Source: Tubulanus polymorphus (taxonomy: Eukaryota; Animalia; Nemertea). Taken from it: DNA of 64,000 nucleotides. The first letter of the stretch is position 1. Every line of letters starts with the position of its first letter. Below the pieces are notes generated by a model. The model did no database searches. It saw only the letters and a program-made list of their open reading frames with translations, and was not told the DNA's origin. The position numbers were made by a program, and so were the translations under genes. The stretch lies in assembly GCF_964204645.1 (NCBI RefSeq), contig NC_134035.1:558001-622000 (forward strand). The letters are read 5' to 3'. Of the stretch, positions 49,423 to 61,025 are shown piece by piece.

Positions 49423-52400
49423 AGCTACTGTGTTTACGATACGTTCTCGATTAGTATACACCATACCTATACGTCGCATTACTAGCATACCTCGCTAATA
49501 CTTGCCACTTATTTTATATTTTGATACCAAAACAATTTATGGGGGAAAATACGGCGTTATCACTTCTTCCATCCATCCATCATACATTGGCCGCTAAGGG
49601 TAGTTAGTTACCAAATCGTTAGTGGTAAGCTTTTATAATCGGGTGGGCATAATGATGTGATTTGTGAAATGTGAAACTAAACCATAGACAGGTTACTGAC
49701 TTGGGGCGGGTCACAAACTCGTTGAAGGGTAGTGTGTGACCAATGAGCCCCTTCCTTAAAAGGTGGCCACCTGCCGATCCTAACTCTCAATACGACGTCA
49801 TCAAATCAATCTCGACCCAGTGTTCAAACCCAGATTCATCCAATTCAAACAACTGTTATGTGGGCTTCCGTGCATAATAAAGCTTCGCTTTACGAAAACT
49901 GAATTCATGACTTTTCCACAGCGGAAAGTTCGGTGAAGTGAAACGATGTCGAGAAAAAGCGACTGAAAGACTCCTGGCGGCGAAATTCATCAGCGTTTGT
50001 AACAAAGACGAGAAACAAAACGTCATCAACGAAATAGAAATCATGAAAAAACTTCAACATCCCCGATTACTGCAGCTATACGACGCGTTCGATGCGTCAT
50101 CTAGTAAACTTCGAGAAATGTGTCTAGTTTTGGAAATGTAAGTTTTTAGTTTTTTGTTTCCTAGTAACAGAGTTCCAACCTCGCGGAATAAACCATACGT
50201 TAAAAGTTAATTACCGGAGTAGTTTATTACCGGACGGCTAACTTGGAATACGGGATATCGACAAATTCAAGTTCTTGAATTACTCGTTTGATGGCGCTAG
50301 TCAGAACCGGAAATTTGAACCTAAATCCGCCATGTTTTAGTTCATTTGCGATAAAAATCTCTCGCTTCAAGTTTTTAGTTAGCGATATTTTACTTACTAT
50401 ACATAGGCACGCATAATCCTTTAAGTATGATATCCTGACAATGTGTTGAATTCGATAAAAACTCACTTTGAACGCTAATGATCACTAGAAATGTCAACAA
50501 ATTACCAAAAATCACAAATTTAGCGATGACGCTCGAAGCAGCTAACGGAAGTAATGACTGGTGCCGGGTGGCATCACTTTGTTGTTGAGTTCAAGACTCT
50601 AAGGTGAATTCATTGCAGACTACACTGATAAATATGAAATAATATTACGAAATGAAATTGATTTTAGAAGGACTACACTCGTAGATTCATAATGAAAATA
50701 TGAAAAGTACCAGGACTCGAACCAACAATCGAAATTGGGCCGTCAAGTGCTGCCACCATGTGATACCTGGCAACCAGTCTTTACATCTTCAGCCGTTGCA
50801 AAATGTTTTTTGATAATTTTAGGACCTTTATAGTGATTTCTAGCCTTTGCAGTGAGGTTTTATCATATCCAACATAGCGGTAGAATACCATATTTAAAGG
50901 ATTACACGTGACGATATATAGTAGGTAAAATATCGATCATTGAAAACTTGAAGCGAGAGATTTTCATCGCAAATGAACTAGAGCATGGAGGATTTAGGTT
51001 CCGATTTCCGGTTCTGACTAGCGCCATCAAACGAGTAATTCAAGAACTTGAATTTGTCGATATCCCGTATTATCTTCGAATTTCACTTTTAATTGAGTTG
51101 ATTCTAGTTTATTTACAGTTTCGGAATAGACCTTTCTTTTCTTTTATTTTCTAGAAATATGTCACAAGGACGCTTCCGTATCATTTATATAGATTGATGC
51201 ATGTGAATAATTACTGAAAAAACCTACGCCTTATATTTGTATATATGAATTAAACTATAATTTCTAAATACTAAATAGCATTTAATTGAGTTTATTTTAG
51301 TTTCCGTACGATTTCTATAGATTGATGCATAGATTGATGATTAATTACTGAAAACTGAAAAAACCTACGCCTTATATTTGTATGAATTAAACTATTATTT
51401 CTAAACAGCATTGAAGGCGGTGAACTGTTTGAAAGAGTCGTCGACGATGATTTTATTCTGACGGAAAAAGCTTGCGCATGTTTCTGCAAACAGATCGTCG
51501 AAGGTGTTGGTTATATGCACAGCAAATTGATTCTACATCTAGATATGAAAGTACGTACTTTCTACTTATATGTTTAAAGCCCAATGTAAAACCTAAAAGC
51601 GAATTTTATTTATCAAACATTGAAATCAAAAGACAACGTTGTCGCCTATAACACTGATCGCGGTGTATGTGGTCTCAGAGCGAGAGATCATTCCCGTATA
51701 AAGCGACTGAGAGACTTCTTATAGGCGAAATGCTAGAGGTTAGGTGCGAGGACGATGGTAGATAACCGACCCGTAAGTTTGATTGTCAGTTCACCATTGA
51801 TAGTGAATCTTATACGGGACACGCCATGTCGTCGTGAATACTGGTCACAGGCCTTGATACTCACTATTACCATTCGACCAAATCACAACTTGAGAATGAA
51901 CCTCGAACCAGCCAACTTTGGCATGTGATTGGCTGGTTTGGACATGGACGATGTGAATACATTTCAACTGGTGACCATTCATGTGTCCAGGACTTTTCTA
52001 ATTGAAAATGAACTACAAACACAAGGCATTAGACATTTCACTTTCAAAAACTGATCGTCCACACTTCACATGTGTTCAGAACTTCACATGAGACATTTTC
52101 AATGGAAAATGAACTACAAACACCAGACAGGCATTAGACATTTTATCAGTACACTTTCAAAAAGTGTTCGTCCAGACTTAGTATTATACAACGGAGAATT
52201 TTCAAAGGAACTTTTAGAGCAATAATTTGTCGCTGATTTAATAGCGGATTTTTATCAGTAATAATAATCATCGTTTTATTTTTGTATCAGCCAGAAAATA
52301 TCCTATGCCTGACACGAACTGGCAACAGAGTGAAAATAATCGACTTCGGTTTAGCGAAAGAGTACAATCCTAAAAAGAAACTAATGGTGCTAGCAGGTAC

Positions 52401-53505
52401 CCCGGAGTTTGTGGCACCCGAAATAGTCAACTACGAAGGCGTCAGTTATTCCACCGATATGTGGAGTATCGGAGTCATCGTTTATGTTTTGTAAGTTGCT
52501 GAAAATTCTTTTAGAAAAATATACAGTCAACCCCCGATATACCGCCCTCCTATTTACCACGACCCCCGCCTACCGCCAGGTTTTCTCAATGTACATCCCT
52601 ATACAAATACATAATAAAACACCCCCGATACGCCGCTATACCCCCTATACCGCCAAAATCGTTCTGCACCGATGTGGGCGGTATATCGGGGTTTGACTAT
52701 AGTTGCAAAAACAATCCATTTTCGCCTCTGTCCACGGTCTATTTTTCTGGTTTTTTTATGTGCAGGTTATCGGGTCTGTCGCCATTCGTTGGCGACCACG
52801 ATATGGATACGTTACAAAACGTTACGTCGTGTCAATGGAATTTCGATTATCCGGAGTTCGATAACATTTCCAACGAGGCCAAAGATTTCATCTCTAAACT
52901 ATTGATCAAAGATCACAGGTAACCATTCAACTGAGTTTTTATTCGAAATACACGAATCATCGTCTAATTTTTTTTGTGCGGTGGAAGTTTTAATGATCGC
53001 GATATTTTTTTACTTTTTAGAAAACGTTTGAAAAGTGAACAGTGTATGAGTCACCCGTGGCTTCAGGTATCAATAATTCAAACTTCACCAAGTACATGAC
53101 ACGATTATTACGAAGATTTTCAGTATTTCTCCGCTACCCTATCTAAACATATCAATCAAGATTTAGATAATACAAAAACCCGTTTAATTTCACCAGACTC
53201 GTCGTATTAACAGGTTCCACTGTATTTGTAGAATAACGTCAGGAAGCCGGAAACATCGCTGTCAAAAACTAGACTCAAGCGTTTTGTTATCAGGAGAAAA
53301 TGGCAGGTAGGTTCAGACTATTACCAAACCCGAGAATCGTCGCGGGGACTCGGGGTAATGGACTGCTCCATGGTGGTCTTTCAAACAATCTGAAATCCTC
53401 CTCAATGAATGTTAACCAGTCGATATGTATATGTCTATTTTACAGAAAGCAGTGAACACGATCCTAGCGTTGACCAGGATGGGAATACAACTGGTTGATA
53501 TCTAA
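48779..53505 (+). CDS. Myosin light chain kinase, kinase-only form, 9 coding exons, ~339 aa
   Basis: Exons 48779-48815, 49161-49251, 49922-50137, 51409-51550, 52291-52490, 52766-52918, 53021-53066, 53232-53306, 53446-53505 (1020 nt). Motifs LGSGKFGEV, AAKFI, HLDMKPENIL, IIDFGLA, GTPEFVAPE and calmodulin-binding RRKWQKAVNTILAL. Confidence 0.94.
49374..49424. repeat. (CTG)n microsatellite in an MLCK intron
   Basis: About 16 CTG units, read directly. Confidence 0.9.
50247..51071. mobile_element. Non-autonomous DNA transposon with long (~280 bp) terminal inverted repeats in an MLCK intron
   Basis: AATACGGGATATCGACAAATTCAAGTTCTTGAATTACTCGTTTGATGGCGCTAGTCAGAACCGGAAAT and its exact reverse complement ending at 51071. 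Similarity decays inward. Confidence 0.9.
52524..52699. mobile_element. Tc1/mariner (pogo/Tigger-like) MITE
   Basis: TA-CAGTCAACCCCCGATATACCGCCC ... GGGCGGTATATCGGGGTTTGACTA-TA: CAGT terminus and TA target duplication. Confidence 0.85.
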
Positions 53506-54196
53506 TTTCGAGATGATGAATTCGTCGTTGTCGTCGGTGCTAATTTTGCAAGCAGAATAATCACATGTTAACAATTTGTATATAATGCATGATTCGTCAT
53601 CTGAGGCGGGGTAGAGAGGGGGTAAGAGAGGGGGGTAGGAGAGGGGGGTAGAAAGGGGTATCATTCATGAAGAAGACGCGTCCCAGCAAATCAAAATGGC
53701 GGATCCTGTGCTGCAATAGTTCCGAATCTTTTTGGTTCAGCGAAATACGATATCACAAAAATACACATCTAGTAGTTGGAAGGTCGGGTCCAGAAGAAAA
53801 GAATTGTTCGTATGAAGCAGCCATGTCTAATGCAACTAGTTCAGTTCCTCTAAAATCATGACCCGGCAGTTATAGAAATGAACTGATTACAATGTTTACT
53901 GCAGTTTACAAAATAACCGGGCCGATTGGGAGAAACAAACAAGGTATCGTTCTATTGTAGCCTTACTGCCCTGCATAAAATACACACATATATGTGTAAA
54001 TATATTAATATATATATATTTTTGTTTTATTGAATGAATAAATGATGTCATAATTCAACGCATCCAAATCTTCATCGTTTAAACGTCCGCCAAAACTGTG
54101 GAAGAGTCACCGGGAAAATGCCGTACGACCCGAGAAAAAAATTGTCTTTTCTAACAACTGATAGAATAAAATAGAAAGTCATAATAAAACTATATA

Positions 54197-54309
54197 CAGT
54201 AGACCCCGAGCCTCGGAGTCGGATCATTTCAATATTTCGATGAATATCCCCGAATTAAACGGTTATCTAATGATGGGGAGAGATCCGACTCTAAGAGGAG
54301 CGTCTACTG
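54197..54309. mobile_element. Tc1/mariner (pogo-like) MITE
   Basis: TA-CAGTAGACCCC...GAGTCGGATC / GATCCGACTC...GTCTACTG. Confidence 0.7.
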
Positions 54310-54487
54310 TTGTTTATTCTACGTTAAACACAAGAGCTGTTTGAAGGTAATAAATGTATACAAGTTTTAGACTATAGATCACGTAAATACGGCTAACAAC
54401 AAAAAACACAACCGCAACATTACAGTTTGCAATATGAAATATATGATTAAAGCACAACAATAAACTATAGGGAATAATGACACTAGC

Positions 54488-54579
<92 letters not shown>

Positions 54580-54593
54580 CGATGACGATGATG
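54488..54593. repeat. (GAT)n microsatellite, ~35 units
   Basis: Read directly. It explains the poly-M, poly-H and poly-I ORFs. Confidence 0.97.
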
Positions 54594-54953
54594 AGAGTTG
54601 AAAACTGTTTGATTTTCAGGTATATTTCCACGTTTTACGAGACTATATTTTCTGAACGATTTGTGGATTGTTTTTAAGGGGGAAACCTCTTTCTCGTTGT
54701 ATAAATGAGGACTAGCCACTGATTGGTCGATATTACGTAGGCACGTACACTCACAAATCAACAAATTGTCATCATACACAATGTGAGTCGAGCTAGGCCC
54801 GAATCGAGCTAGAACCCCTCTATATAGATTTTTGTTAGATTAGGAAGCATCATATATAAACAGCGACTATATCTATGGACCACAATTATCAGATGTAAAA
54901 TTATGTTAGGGCACATGATCTACTGACCAGAAGACTCCCGCACCCAAAATATA

Positions 54954-55137
54954 AGCCGCAATCACACGGATCAGACCCGAATCAAATTAGAGAACACATT
55001 CACACGTAAACAACTCACTCGATACACTAGCCCGGTCTCATGTTTTTGGTAGGGCCAAATATGGCCCAGGCCCATTTGGCACCCTCGTGAACTCAACAGT
55101 TGTTCCGGGCCAAAAACACTTGTGTGTGATCGCGGCT
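54954..55137. mobile_element. MITE (Harbinger-like) immediately 3' of the zinc-finger stop
   Basis: TIR AGCCGCAATCACAC / GTGTGATCGCGGCT. Confidence 0.65.
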
Positions 55138-55161
55138 ATACAATCAAACGAAACAATAGCT

Positions 55162-58100
55162 TCAATTATAATGAATGACATGCGATGAAAATTCATGAAC
55201 TCCATCGCAAACTTTACCGCATAAATTACACTGCCACGGGTTGTTTAGATTGTGCAGTCCCATATGAAGATAATAAAGAGTTCGATCGCAGAATATCATC
55301 TGACAAAACTTACACATCAATAAAATCGGTTGTTTCAGAACGAAGTCTAAAACATCGGTCGTACAATCGGACTGCGCTAACGACGGCGCTGGTACGCACG
55401 ATGAATTACGTGATTTAGACTCATCCGACGCGACGATATTATTGGACGACGCGTCGATCGATCGTCGAATCGAATTCGGACTCAAAAACGACGACGTCGA
55501 CGACGAATTGTCGCGCGACGTTCGACCGTAACTACGCACGCTCATCGGCGACGGTATATCGATACGCGGTTCCGATTCAGACGTGCAGGGGGCGCTCTGC
55601 GTACTGCAGCGTCTGCGGTCGGTATGACGACCGTACGACGAATGAGTCGACGCGTAACTCATACGCGGACGTTTAGACGGAGAACGTCGTTCGGCGTCCG
55701 TCGACGACGCCGGTGCGCTGGTCTCCGTCGCCGGGCGACAATGTTCATTGTTCGAGAAGTGATTGTAATACGAGATTTTACTCGGAAAAACGGCGCAACA
55801 TTTATAACAATTGAACACGTGAGGAGTAGAATCGTGAGAGGATCGAGGTCGCGTGAAACTATCTCCGAGAGGTCGGAGTAACGAGGTCGCGTAACTAACG
55901 CGGTTACTACGCGGTAATTCTGCGGTCTTCTCGTCGGTAGAATTCGTACTCGATGAACACATCTCTAGACGCAGACGTTTCTCTACTTGTAACTTGTGCG
56001 AGACGTGTCCGAGATGTCGCGTAACATAGAGTAACGTACGGAACTCTACCTTACACACGGTGCACGCCCACGTCTCCGTGTTCTTATCGTAAACGATGAT
56101 ATTACCGTCGAACAGTTCGCCCGAGTCGGATATCGACTTACGGGCGTCGCTCGACGTCGTTACCTCGGAATCGACGGCTAACGACCGATGTCGCGACGCC
56201 GTCTGCTCGGCGAGTTCGTCCGCTAGTTCGCGGTCGCACGGCGAACTGTTCCGTCCGACGAAATTCGACTGATCTTTATAAAGAGCGAGTAGAATAGAGC
56301 GTTGCCAGTCGTGCATCGACGTCGAGGAGGTCGACGGCGACGATGCCGATGAAGATGACGCTATATTGCGCGATGTCGCGTCGCCGTAGTTACCGCCTCC
56401 TCCGGTGTTTATCGGCAGATGAGAATGTAACAACATGTGCATCGCTAACGCGTCCTGATCCTTCAACCCGATCTTACAAACCGGACACTGGTAAATATCC
56501 GTATCGATTCTATTCTGTAAATTGGCGCCCCCTATCGTCGTCATCGGCGACGCGTTATTGTTATCGTGATAAAGCGAATTGATGAGGTTTTCTAAAGTCG
56601 TGTAGTTCGTCGCCGTGGCTGAGGTGGCGCTAGCGCTGACGTTACGTCTGCTGTAGGCGCCGGCGATGCTCGACGCGTTCGTCGCGTGATCCAACATAAC
56701 GTGCATCGCTAAACCGTCGCGACTCGGAAACTTTAAACTGCAGAACGTGCACGCGATGCTGTAGAGGTTGGAAGCCGTGCTGCGCGGTATTTCATACGCG
56801 TCGACCGGTTCTGATTTGATAACCGGATGCGATGTGGTCGACGGAGGGTTTAAAACGGCGGCGACAGACACAGAATCGGTCGCGGCGACTTCGTTAGTCT
56901 GGCGAGCGTGCTGCAACATGTGCATCGCGAACATATCCTGATCGACGAGACGTCGTTTACAAACACCGCACTCATACGGGTAATCTACGCGACGCTTCTG
57001 ACTTTCGGACAACGTCAAATTCACGGCTTTCATCGACTCGTTTATATTTAATAAAGGCGTGTGAGGATCGAACTTCGACTCTTCGTCGCTGGCCGCGACG
57101 TCTGTCGTGATGTCGTTATTCGTCGAATTCTTCCCGTCGTCGTCGCTGTCTTCGTCGATCTTCTCTTTCTTGATGACGACGAGTTCCGGTCGTTTCGAGC
57201 ATCCATCGACCTCATTGTCTTCGCATATCGTTTTTTCCCCTCGCTGCTGCTGCTGCTGCTGCTGTAATAAGAGTAAAGCTGACTGCTTGACGATACCAGA
57301 TCCGGTATGTATACCCATCTGAGCGAGCGCGTTGTGACTTTCCTCGCGCGCGATCTCCAACATGTGCATCGCGTACGAATCACGATTCACGTAGATCGTG
57401 TTACAATGATGACACCGGAACAGATTCTTGACACGTAAGGCGACCTCGCGATGTCGCGACGTCGCCACGTGATTCCGAAGCGACATCTCGTTCGCGAACG
57501 TCACGCGACACAGTTTACATTCGAGCGCGCTTTCATCGACGCCCGATTTCAAATGACCGTCTAAATGATCCTGATACCCGGCGAACGTCGACGCCTTCTC
57601 GAAACAAACCGGGCATCGAAATAGTTGTTCGGCCCGATTCAATTTTTTACCATTACTACTAGTACCGCCGCCGCTAGCGCTGCCCCCTAGTGTCATATGA
57701 TGTACGTAGAATTCGTGCGACAGTAATGAATCGCGGTCGGTGAACGATTCACCGCAGTACGAACAGTCGCGTATACGACCTCGATTCACGCATTGATCAA
57801 CGTGTTTCTTCAGGAATTCACCGGCTGCGAACACCGCGTGGCAGTACCAACATTTCAACGCGACCAAATGAAAATTAACGTGCGTCATGAATTTCTCCGC
57901 GTCCGAACTTTCGAAGCAGCAAATATCGCAGATTTTATTCGCGACTTCGTCGGAATCTGCGACCGTCGCCGACGCCGCGTCGTCTTCATCGTTGCCCGCG
58001 ACTTCTTGATCGTTTTCGACCGATGAAGAGTTGTTACTGCTGTTCTTGAAGGATGAATCTTTTTCGTCTGGTTTTTTTAAATTTGAATCTCGCGACGATT

Positions 58101-58245
58101 CATCGATAGCCGGATCGATCACGAGAGACGGTTTCATGCGTTTTCGTCGGTTCGATTGCGTCCACCAGATGGCGTCGTCGCTGTTTGTCGGTGTCACGTG
58201 AGAATGTCCGTTTTTCCGAGTACATTCAGTCGTATCTTGCGACAT
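55162..58245 (-). CDS. Multi-C2H2 zinc-finger protein with Ikaros/hunchback-type C-terminal dimerization fingers, ~1027 aa, single coding exon
   Basis: First ATG at 58245; an in-frame TGA lies just upstream of the track's GTG start and an acceptor at ~58309. About 12 C2H2-like motifs. C-terminal CKFCQMIFCDRTLYYLHMGLH...PWQCNLCG...EFSSH matches the Ikaros-family DZF pattern. Candidate 5'UTR donor at 62290. Confidence 0.88.
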   Translation of the reverse strand: MSQDTTECTRKNGHSHVTPTNSDDAIWWTQSNRRKRMKPSLVIDPAIDESSRDSNLKKPDEKDSSFKNSSNNSSSVENDQEVAGNDEDDAASATVADSDEVANKICDICCFESSDAEKFMTHVNFHLVALKCWYCHAVFAAGEFLKKHVDQCVNRGRIRDCSYCGESFTDRDSLLSHEFYVHHMTLGGSASGGGTSSNGKKLNRAEQLFRCPVCFEKASTFAGYQDHLDGHLKSGVDESALECKLCRVTFANEMSLRNHVATSRHREVALRVKNLFRCHHCNTIYVNRDSYAMHMLEIAREESHNALAQMGIHTGSGIVKQSALLLLQQQQQQQRGEKTICEDNEVDGCSKRPELVVIKKEKIDEDSDDDGKNSTNNDITTDVAASDEESKFDPHTPLLNINESMKAVNLTLSESQKRRVDYPYECGVCKRRLVDQDMFAMHMLQHARQTNEVAATDSVSVAAVLNPPSTTSHPVIKSEPVDAYEIPRSTASNLYSIACTFCSLKFPSRDGLAMHVMLDHATNASSIAGAYSRRNVSASATSATATNYTTLENLINSLYHDNNNASPMTTIGGANLQNRIDTDIYQCPVCKIGLKDQDALAMHMLLHSHLPINTGGGGNYGDATSRNIASSSSASSPSTSSTSMHDWQRSILLALYKDQSNFVGRNSSPCDRELADELAEQTASRHRSLAVDSEVTTSSDARKSISDSGELFDGNIIVYDKNTETWACTVCKVEFRTLLYVTRHLGHVSHKLQVEKRLRLEMCSSSTNSTDEKTAELPRSNRVSYATSLLRPLGDSFTRPRSSHDSTPHVFNCYKCCAVFPSKISYYNHFSNNEHCRPATETSAPASSTDAERRSPSKRPRMSYASTHSSYGRHTDRRRCSTQSAPCTSESEPRIDIPSPMSVRSYGRTSRDNSSSTSSFLSPNSIRRSIDASSNNIVASDESKSRNSSCVPAPSLAQSDCTTDVLDFVLKQPILLMCKFCQMIFCDRTLYYLHMGLHNLNNPWQCNLCGKVCDGVHEFSSHVIHYN

Positions 58246-59704
58246 CGCGCGTGCGTGTGCGTGTGTGTGTGTGTTTATATTATAGGTTCCAGTTTCAGTC
58301 ACTCAGTACTGAAAATACACAATGTTAAACTGTCCGTTAGAATTCTGAATAAAACTAAATTTATATATCAAACTACCGGTGCTACCCGGACCCAACCTCG
58401 CGCCTATATTTCAGATATTCGATGTTTCATCACTTTACTTTTAGACTATTTTCGGTCATATGGTCTGGGCATCACTTCTGATGAAATTAATGATATTGTT
58501 CACACGTTAGCGGTGGAAATGTAATATTTTTCATAATGTCAAAGTCTATTATATTCCTCAAAATAATGTATATGTTATTATCAAAATGATTAATTCGTGA
58601 TAATAGTTGAAAGCACCTCTCTTAAATAATTACCTAATGTCTATGTTCCTTGAGCCCTAGGCTATTCATGTAAATAGTTAAAAATATGCTTATTTTTGCC
58701 TTCTGACTTTTCTATTTTTCAACTTTAATTAGTTTTTATCTCTAATGAAAGATGGCAGCACCTGTAAACTGATTCTAATCATCTATGATGAACTCGGTCG
58801 AACATAGTGAAATATAAGTAACTAATGATACACCGCACTATGGTGTAGATGCATTATATCGGTGTGCCCTTTCTCAATGCACTAGGTTGGCATTCTTCTA
58901 ATGATATTTCAAAATCAAGTCATCTGTAAGTATTCTTTTAAAAAAACCAGGTATCGATAATTATAAAAATTCCTAATTCGTATTATACACATTCCAGGGG
59001 TGAAACCAGGGTAGGATGCGAGGGATGTGTGCCCGCCTAAAATGTTAAGTTGCCTTCTATGGAATCTATGGAAAATGGATCATATTGAACTTATTGATAT
59101 TGGCGGCTTAGATCCACGCCTGCATTTCATGACCAGAAGATGTTTAACTTTGGCGAAACAAACTCATAGCGAACTCAGAACTCAGAACTACTGAAGACCC
59201 GGCAGATTGTAGATCCATCTACTGAAGAAATACGATACATCAAAATCCAGAATTAATAATTCCACGCGAGGGAGGGATGATGGAAGCAGCATTTTTCAGA
59301 TAAAGAGAGATAGTCGATAGAAAATAAACGCGACGGACAATGAACAACAACGAAATACAGTTAGAGAAAGATGAGCCGCGTTGTTACGGCGTCGTCGTTC
59401 TATAATGCATGCGTTTAATGAAAGCGTCGCATGAATTATGCAAACAACTGACATCATCTTCACCGCCTTCATCATCATCTTCCTCATCATCGTTGAAGGA
59501 ATGAAAGTTTGTGCCGATGAGAAATGGATGCAAAACTGCAATGCACATTTTACAAGCGAATGATGGGCATTTAGCGCTGAATTATTCATAAGCGCATATT
59601 AGAATAAATGCAATTGAATAGTTCATCATCATTGTATCAGCGTTTGTGCGCACAGTGAAATAGACAATATCATTTATGCAAGTTTACATTTTTAATTAAG
59701 GGGT

Positions 59705-60050
59705 TGATGGGCTAGACTGGTTGTTAATTGACTGTACGTGATGGGCTAGACTGGTTGTGAGTTGACTGTGCGTGATGGGCTAGACTGGTTGTGAGTTGAC
59801 TGGTTTTGTATGTGATGGGCTAGACTGGTTGTTAGTTGACTGGTGTTGTGCGTGATGGGCTAGACTGGTTGTTAGTTGACTGGTGTTGTATGTGATGGGC
59901 TAGACTGGTTGTTAGTTGACTGGTGTTGTGCGTGATGGGCTAGACTGGTTGTTAGTTGACTGGTGTTGTATGTGATGGGCTAGACTGGTTGTGAGTTGAC
60001 TGGTGTTGTATGTGATGGGCTAGACTGGTTGTTAGTTGACTGGTGTTGTG
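59705..60050. repeat. 40-bp minisatellite (first units 34 bp), ~9 copies
   Basis: Unit TGATGGGCTAGACTGGTTGTTAGTTGACTGGTGTTGT(AT/GC)G. Confidence 0.95.
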
Positions 60051-60560
60051 TCGATGTATAAATATAAAGATATGTATATGGCGTATCTCATGTAGTCACG
60101 TTTCAAAAACAAATCATCGCAAACCGTATGAATCATAAATAGATTTCAACCTAATCGAAATACAGTTAATGTAAATTCTGAATATTAGTAATAAGCGAAA
60201 AACCATTTTGATCACGAATAAATCCTTTAAAAGCTGATTAATAAAGTTCCCAATTTCCTTAGTTTATGTATCGTAAAACCTAAAGCGCGAAGCTCACAGA
60301 ATCCTTTTCAATTTCTTGGAAAATGTCCTAGAATTCTAGGTACAGTAGTTAGGTATGGTTGAATTGTCAGAATTCTAGAATCTAGTTTACTGTAGAAAGG
60401 TCTAGTGGTAGTTTGAACGCGGCTATAGTTTCCACGAAGGAAACAGAAAGATCCAAATTGGAAAAACACAGGAACCAGTTCATTTCACTGTTACGTTAAA
60501 ACATTGGAAATGAATACATTTTGACACCGGAGTTCAATAGCTGTCGTGGCTTACACCTAA

Positions 60561-61025
60561 AGCCTAGCGCACATCGACAAAGCGACTGGAGACAACTAGT
60601 TGCTAGTGAGCGAGTACCCCGCGCACATCGAAAATTTAGTAAAAACCAGCAACTACGAGGCTCATGCCGGTCGCTAGGTCCATAGCGCACACATCGACAG
60701 CAACTGAGATGTGGTCCAGCAAATATTCTTGAGGGCATCACAAGTCACGTGACAAATAGCTTTGTTTTAGTCAGTTACAACCATGTGTTGTTGATTATGG
60801 AGCGCTCACATCGACGGATATGAAAGCAACTGAGTACAACTAGTTGCTCAAAAGTAGAACATGAGCAACTGGGTGGAACTGGAGATAGATGGACGCTAAC
60901 CAGTCGTAAGCTAACTCACATCGACAAATTCGAGCAACTGATTGTATCCAGCCAATTGCTCTCATGCGCCGAAAACTGCCTGGCAACTAGTTGTCTCCAA
61001 TCGCAGTGTCAATGTGCGCTAGGCT
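60561..61025. mobile_element. PIF/Harbinger-type MITE
   Basis: TAA-AGCCTAGCGCACATCGAC ... GTCAATGTGCGCTAGGCT-TAA (TAA TSD). Subterminal IR GGAGACAACTAGTTGC; internal repeats of CACATCGA. Confidence 0.88.

Noticed and set aside
50227-51154. Two similar ORFs (…KREIFIANEL…GGFRF…) on opposite strands
   Set aside because: They are the two arms of one inverted-repeat element; no transposase motifs or splice context.
54314-54779. Poly-Met / poly-His / poly-Ile ORFs
   Set aside because: Translations of a (GAT)n microsatellite.
55162-58302. Calling the zinc-finger gene hunchback or Ikaros, and using the GTG start at 58302
   Set aside because: It lacks the linked central DNA-binding finger cluster. 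The GTG start is an ORF-track artefact; the first ATG is 58245.
55185-58524. Plus-strand ORFs overlapping the zinc-finger CDS, and other short antisense ORFs in the window
   Set aside because: Shadows of CG-rich coding sequence with no recognisable domains or gene signals.
59705-60050. 40-bp array as CRISPR
   Set aside because: No unique spacers; an ordinary minisatellite.
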